From Flavobacteriaceae bacterium (lineage in GTDB: Bacteria > Bacteroidota > Bacteroidia > Flavobacteriales > Flavobacteriaceae), in NCBI GenBank assembly GCA_024743095.1, contig JANSXF010000018.1, positions 497-64,496 on the forward strand: a DNA stretch of 64,000 bases, written 5' to 3'. Each line of letters begins with the position of its first letter. Positions within the stretch are counted from its first letter, which is position 1. A program made the translations under genes and the position numbers. The notes beneath the pieces were generated by a model. The model did no database searches, was not told the origin of the DNA, and saw only the letters and a program-made list of their open reading frames with translations. This document shows positions 59,625 through 64,000 of this stretch, piece by piece.

Positions 59625-60116
59625 CTAAAAGGTTTTCTTTACCTCTTCTGCACCTTTGATGACTTTTTCCTTGAGTCCCTCTTTATAGGAAATTATGTTG
59701 TCCATAATCTCACTGTCGGAACTTCCTATGATCTGTGCGGCAAGGATACCGGCATTTTTGGCCCCATTCAAGGCCACTGTGGCCACAGGAACACCGCCCG
59801 GCATTTGGAGAATGGACAAAACGGAATCCCAACCATCAATGGAATTGCTGCTTTTTACGGGTACTCCGATAACGGGGAGTGGCGATAACGATGCCACCAT
59901 TCCCGGTAAATGTGCTGCTCCACCTGCTCCGGCAATAATTGCAGAATAGCCATTGGTATGGGCACTCTTGCTAAAACTGAAGAGCTTTTCGGGTGTTCTG
60001 TGGGCGGAAACAATGTCCACGTCCACCTCCACACCTAGTTCCTTTAATATATCGATGGCGTCCTGCATAACGGGAAGGTCACTCGTACTTCCCATGATTA
60101 CTGCTACTTTGCTCAT
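59625..60116 (-). CDS. purE: 5-(carboxyamino)imidazole ribonucleotide mutase
   Basis: VAVIMGSTSDLPVM..SAHRTP..AGGAAHLPGMVAS. Confidence 0.95.
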   Translation of the reverse strand: MSKVAVIMGSTSDLPVMQDAIDILKELGVEVDVDIVSAHRTPEKLFSFSKSAHTNGYSAIIAGAGGAAHLPGMVASLSPLPVIGVPVKSSNSIDGWDSVLSILQMPGGVPVATVALNGAKNAGILAAQIIGSSDSEIMDNIISYKEGLKEKVIKGAEEVKKTF

Positions 60117-60119
60117 ATC

Positions 60120-61274
60120 TTATTTGCTTATTACTTTAATGGTTTCTTTTACCTGCTGTGCCACTTCTCGGGCCCTGGCCATATCCTCGTCCACAATGGT
60201 TACATGTCCCATCTTACGGAAAGGTCTTGTTTTCTTTTTACCATAAATGTGCGGTGTAACCCCTTCCATCTCCAGTATTTTTTCAATGTTTTTATAAACC
60301 ACATCGCCCGTATGGCCTTCCGCACCTACCAAGTTAACCATAATTCCTGCTACTTTGCTGTCGGTTTTTCCAAGTGGTAGACCTAAAATAGCGCGGATGT
60401 GTTGTTCAAACTGGTTGGTGTAAGCAGCTTCAATACTGTAGTGGCCACTGTTATGGGGTCTTGGTGCAGATTCGTTGACCAAAATTTGGTCGTCCTTGGT
60501 TTGGAACATCTCCACGGCCAGCAGTCCTACGTGCTTCATGTGATGCGAAACCTTTAAAGCAATTTCTTGTGCTTTTTTGGCTATGGCATCATCAATCCGT
60601 GCAGGACAGATTACGTATTCCACTTGATTGGCTTCTGGATGAAACTCCATTTCCACCACAGGATATGTTTTAACCTCACCTTTTGAGTTGCGTGCCACCA
60701 CGACCGCCAATTCATTTTTAAAATCGATCATCTTTTCAGCAATACACTCCACATTGGACAGTTCTTTGAGGTCTTCCATCTTCCGGACAACTTTTACCCC
60801 TTGGCCATCATACCCAAATTGTGCGCTCTTCCAAACAAATGGTAAGGAAAGTCCGCCATTTTTTATGCTGTCCTCGATTTCCGATGTGTAGGCAAAGCGG
60901 GTAAAAGGAGCCGTTGGGATTCCATGGTCGGTATAGAACAATTTTTGAACGGCCTTGTTCTGGATGGTCCTTAAGGTTTTGGTCGGTGGATAAACTGTTT
61001 TTCCTTCATGCTCCAATTTTTCAAGAGCATCGAGGTTCACATTTTCAATCTCGATGGTGAGTACATCAACATCTTTCCCAAAGGCATACACCGTGTCAAA
61101 ATCCATCAAACTGCCCAGCACAAATTCGTTGCATGCTATTTTGCATGGAGCTTCGGGAGAGGCATCCATTACCTTGGTTCGTATATCCCATTTTCTGGTT
61201 TCGTAGAGCATCATTTTGCCCAGTTGCCCACCACCTAAAATTCCCAGTTTAAAGTCGGAAGAGAAAAATTGCAT
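60120..61274 (-). CDS. purK: 5-(carboxyamino)imidazole ribonucleotide synthase
   Basis: ILGGGQLGKMM ATP-grasp N-terminus and ..NESAPRPHNSGHY... I set the start at ATG 61274; the longer track ORF is an upstream extension. Confidence 0.92.
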   Translation of the reverse strand: MQFFSSDFKLGILGGGQLGKMMLYETRKWDIRTKVMDASPEAPCKIACNEFVLGSLMDFDTVYAFGKDVDVLTIEIENVNLDALEKLEHEGKTVYPPTKTLRTIQNKAVQKLFYTDHGIPTAPFTRFAYTSEIEDSIKNGGLSLPFVWKSAQFGYDGQGVKVVRKMEDLKELSNVECIAEKMIDFKNELAVVVARNSKGEVKTYPVVEMEFHPEANQVEYVICPARIDDAIAKKAQEIALKVSHHMKHVGLLAVEMFQTKDDQILVNESAPRPHNSGHYSIEAAYTNQFEQHIRAILGLPLGKTDSKVAGIMVNLVGAEGHTGDVVYKNIEKILEMEGVTPHIYGKKKTRPFRKMGHVTIVDEDMARAREVAQQVKETIKVISK

Positions 61275-61382
61275 TGATTTGTAAATTGAATGTGGGCAAA
61301 AATACATGAAATCCACGAGGGTATAAAAGATGTAAGGTTTTAGCAGCTTTAAAAATAGTATCTTTGCCAACCTGACCATAAC

Positions 61383-62498
61383 TTGAACACATTGATTAAG
61401 CTCCACGATAAAGTTTTTAAGCCGTATTTAAAGGAAGGACAAATCCTTGCGGCCATTGATAAAATGGCCAAGGAAATTGCAGCTGATTATAAGGGTGAAA
61501 CACCCTTGTTTGTGGGTGTGCTCAATGGGGCCTTTATGTTTGTTGCCGATTTTCTCAAGGCTTATCAATACCCGTGCGAGGTTTCATTTGTGCGTTTAAG
61601 TTCTTATCAAGGTCTAACGTCGACCGGGATTGTGGAAACGCTCTTGGATGTACCGGAGGAGCTGGAAGGAAAGAGTGTGATAATCTTGGAAGATGTGGTG
61701 GATACGGGCCGTACATTGAAGGAGTTGGTCCACTTGTTTTCCAATACCAATGTAAAGGAGTTTAAAATCGGCACGCTCTTTTATAAATCCGATATTTATA
61801 ACGGTGAATATGCCATAGACTACGTGGGTCTTGAGATTCCAGACCATTTTATTGTAGGGTATGGGCTTGATTATAACGAGCTGGGCCGAAACCTTAGAGA
61901 AGTATACCAATTAAATCAAACAGATATGATCAACCTAGTGCTTTTTGGAAAGCCAGGAGCAGGGAAGGGGACCCAAGCAGGTTTCCTAAAGGAAAAGTAT
62001 AATTTGAAACATATTTCCACAGGGGATGTTTTTCGTTATAACATCAAAAACGGAACAGACCTTGGAAATTTGGCCAAGTCTTACATCGATAAAGGGGATT
62101 TGGTTCCCGATGAGGTGACCATCGATATGTTGAAGGACGAGGTCGAAAAGAATCCGGATGCCGCAGGTTTTATTTTTGATGGTTTCCCACGAACTGCTGC
62201 CCAAGCAGAAGCATTGGACAACTTCTTGGAATCCAAGGATATGAAAGTCAATGCAACCATTGCTTTGGAAGCTGAGGATGATATTTTGGTTGCTCGCCTT
62301 TTGGAGCGTGGTAAAAGTAGCGGTCGTTCCGATGATCAGGATGAAAACAAAATCCGTAACCGTTTTGATGAATACAATGAAAAAACAGCTCCCTTAAAAG
62401 CCTACTACGAAAAGCAGGGAAAATTCCATTCAGTAAACGGTATAGGTGATATTGATGAGATTACAGGTCGCTTGAGCAAGGTGATCGATTCCCTTTAA
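61383..62498 (+). CDS. Single ORF encoding hypoxanthine phosphoribosyltransferase (residues 1-181) fused in frame to adenylate kinase (residues 182-371)
   Basis: Hpt PRPP motif VIILEDVVDTGRT. Then, with no stop, comes MINLVLFGKPGAGKGTQ (the Adk P-loop) starting at 61926, followed by FDGFPRT and the short-LID region. I checked the frame codon by codon across 61860-61940. The start codon is TTG. Confidence 0.8.
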   Translation: MNTLIKLHDKVFKPYLKEGQILAAIDKMAKEIAADYKGETPLFVGVLNGAFMFVADFLKAYQYPCEVSFVRLSSYQGLTSTGIVETLLDVPEELEGKSVIILEDVVDTGRTLKELVHLFSNTNVKEFKIGTLFYKSDIYNGEYAIDYVGLEIPDHFIVGYGLDYNELGRNLREVYQLNQTDMINLVLFGKPGAGKGTQAGFLKEKYNLKHISTGDVFRYNIKNGTDLGNLAKSYIDKGDLVPDEVTIDMLKDEVEKNPDAAGFIFDGFPRTAAQAEALDNFLESKDMKVNATIALEAEDDILVARLLERGKSSGRSDDQDENKIRNRFDEYNEKTAPLKAYYEKQGKFHSVNGIGDIDEITGRLSKVIDSL

Positions 62499-62532
62499 TT
62501 GATTTCCTCAAAGACTTTTTTATATTTAGAAT

Positions 62533-63534
62533 ATGACCGAAGGAAATTTTGTCGATTATGTAAAGGTGCACATTTCTTCCGGAAACGGGGGCAAGGGATC
62601 TGCGCATTTACGTCGTGAAAAGTATGTTGCCAAAGGAGGTCCCGATGGTGGTGATGGTGGTCGAGGAGGTCATGTTATAGTCAAAGGGAACAAAAACTTG
62701 TGGACACTGGTCCATTTTAAGTTCAAAAAGCACTTTAAGGCCGGCCACGGCGAACACGGAAGCAAAAGCCGAAGTACTGGTGCAGACGGGGAGGATGTGT
62801 ATATGGAAGTGCCGTTGGGCACAGTAGTGCGGGACACCGAAACCAACGAGATACTTTTTGAGATTACCGAAGACGGGGAAGAGAAAATTGTGCTTGAAGG
62901 AGGTATGGGCGGACTCGGGAACTGGCACTTTAAAAGTGCGACCAACCAGACCCCCAGATATGCACAGCCAGGAATAAAAGGGCAAGAAGGACATTTGACA
63001 CTTGAACTTAAGGTATTGGCCGATGTAGGCTTGGTCGGTTTTCCCAATGCTGGAAAATCAACATTACTTTCGGTAATGACTTCGGCCAAGCCAAAAATTG
63101 CCAATTACGAGTTTACCACGCTAAAACCAAACCTGGGTATTGTGGAATACCGTGATTTTCAAAGTTTTGTGATGGCGGATATTCCAGGTATTATAGAGGG
63201 CGCCGCAGAAGGAAAGGGACTGGGACATTATTTTTTGAGACATATTGAACGTAACGCCACACTGTTATTTTTGATACCCGCCGATAGTAAGGATATCAGC
63301 CAAGAGTACAATATTCTTTTGGATGAGTTAAGAAGGTACAATTCCGAATTGTTGGACAAAGGGCGCTTGGTGGTCATTTCCAAATGCGATATGTTGGACC
63401 AAGAACTTATCGCCGAAATGGACAAGGACATGAAAGAAGACTTCAAGGATGTTCCCTACATGTTTATATCTTCTGTGAGCGGATTGGGAATTCAACAGCT
63501 TAAAGATAGACTTTGGAAGTTGTTGAACGAATAA
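62533..63534 (+). CDS. obgE: GTPase Obg/CgtA
   Basis: Gly-rich Obg fold ([24 protein letters not shown]) and G domain ([17 protein letters not shown]). Confidence 0.95.
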   Translation: MTEGNFVDYVKVHISSGNGGKGSAHLRREKYVAKGGPDGGDGGRGGHVIVKGNKNLWTLVHFKFKKHFKAGHGEHGSKSRSTGADGEDVYMEVPLGTVVRDTETNEILFEITEDGEEKIVLEGGMGGLGNWHFKSATNQTPRYAQPGIKGQEGHLTLELKVLADVGLVGFPNAGKSTLLSVMTSAKPKIANYEFTTLKPNLGIVEYRDFQSFVMADIPGIIEGAAEGKGLGHYFLRHIERNATLLFLIPADSKDISQEYNILLDELRRYNSELLDKGRLVVISKCDMLDQELIAEMDKDMKEDFKDVPYMFISSVSGLGIQQLKDRLWKLLNE

Positions 63535-63588
63535 CAACCTGTCATCTTCCTTCCAATCAATATATTGATTAAATTTAGGAGGATCCAA

Positions 63589-64000
63589 ATGTTCATTATG
63601 CGTTATTTACTTTCCTTAATTTTGGTTGTTCTGTTGGTATCGTGTAGTTCCGTTAAGGTCAACTATGATTATGATAGTACGGTTGATTTTGCAAGCTACT
63701 CCACGTACAATTATTATTCCGATATGCAATCTGGATTGAGCCAACTGGATGAAAAAAGATTGCTCAATGCGTTGGATTCGACCCTAAAAGCCAGAGGCTA
63801 TCGATTGGCCGAAGAACCTGAGCTCTTGATCAACATCATGAGCAATGAATACAGGAGTGCGCCCAATAACAATGTAGGTGTTGGACTTGGTGGCGGCGGT
63901 AGAAATGTCGGCGGTGGCATTTCTGTTGGGTTGCCATTGGGAGGTCCCGACATGCAGCGCAGTATCCAAATCGATTTGGTGGATGCCCAACGTGATGCCT
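63589..64000 (+). CDS. Lipoprotein (DUF4136-like), N-terminal part; it continues beyond the right edge
   Basis: My translation from ATG 63589 gives MFIMRYLLSLILVVLLVSCSSVKVNYDYDSTVDFASYSTYNYY.., with a lipobox and a DUF4136-like beginning. It is not in the ORF track because no stop lies in the window. Confidence 0.55.
   Translation, partial: MFIMRYLLSLILVVLLVSCSSVKVNYDYDSTVDFASYSTYNYYSDMQSGLSQLDEKRLLNALDSTLKARGYRLAEEPELLINIMSNEYRSAPNNNVGVGLGGGGRNVGGGISVGLPLGGPDMQRSIQIDLVDAQRDA

Overview
This is a chromosomal segment from a Bacteroidota genome, most likely a marine Flavobacteriaceae. The phylum call rests on the gliding and T9SS genes gldJ and porV, a SusC/SusD pair, and a TAnnTTTG-type promoter motif. 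About 44 kb is ordinary housekeeping DNA: gltBD, an acyl-CoA dehydrogenase, nhaD, exbB-exbD-tonB-folC, murF, cdd, pdhA plus E2, mlaEF-like genes, pafA, gcvP, dcp, purEK, hpt/adk and obg. The unusual part is a block of about 20 kb (about 12.2-32.2 kb). On its left is an intact tRNA-Val(UAC) followed by transposase debris. On its right is a same-orientation copy of the last ~26 nt of that tRNA. The block holds an ECF sigma / FecR / STN-SusC / SusD transport module but no glycoside hydrolase, polysaccharide lyase or sulfatase. Instead it encodes three tandem UxuA-family (mannonate dehydratase-like) proteins and one enolase-superfamily protein, all with twin-arginine (Tat) leaders. It also encodes a Sec-signal RraA-like protein, a SnoaL-like lipoprotein, and a PQQ beta-propeller lipoprotein with an inserted cytochrome c module. 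A BASS-family transporter, KdgK and Eda complete the block. My main hypothesis is a periplasmic oxidation/dehydration route whose 2-keto-3-deoxy acid product is imported and finished by KdgK and Eda; this is inference only. The distal 5.5 kb of the block is a GC-rich, G3-codon-biased mosaic whose breakpoints fall inside genes. Smaller oddities are an in-frame hpt-adk fusion ORF, an ECF sigma paired with a 76-aa membrane-less HxxxCxxC anti-sigma candidate, and a small EF-hand membrane protein. I found no CRISPR array, rRNA or recognisable defence system. All coordinates, motifs and GC values were read or counted by hand, and no database search was run.
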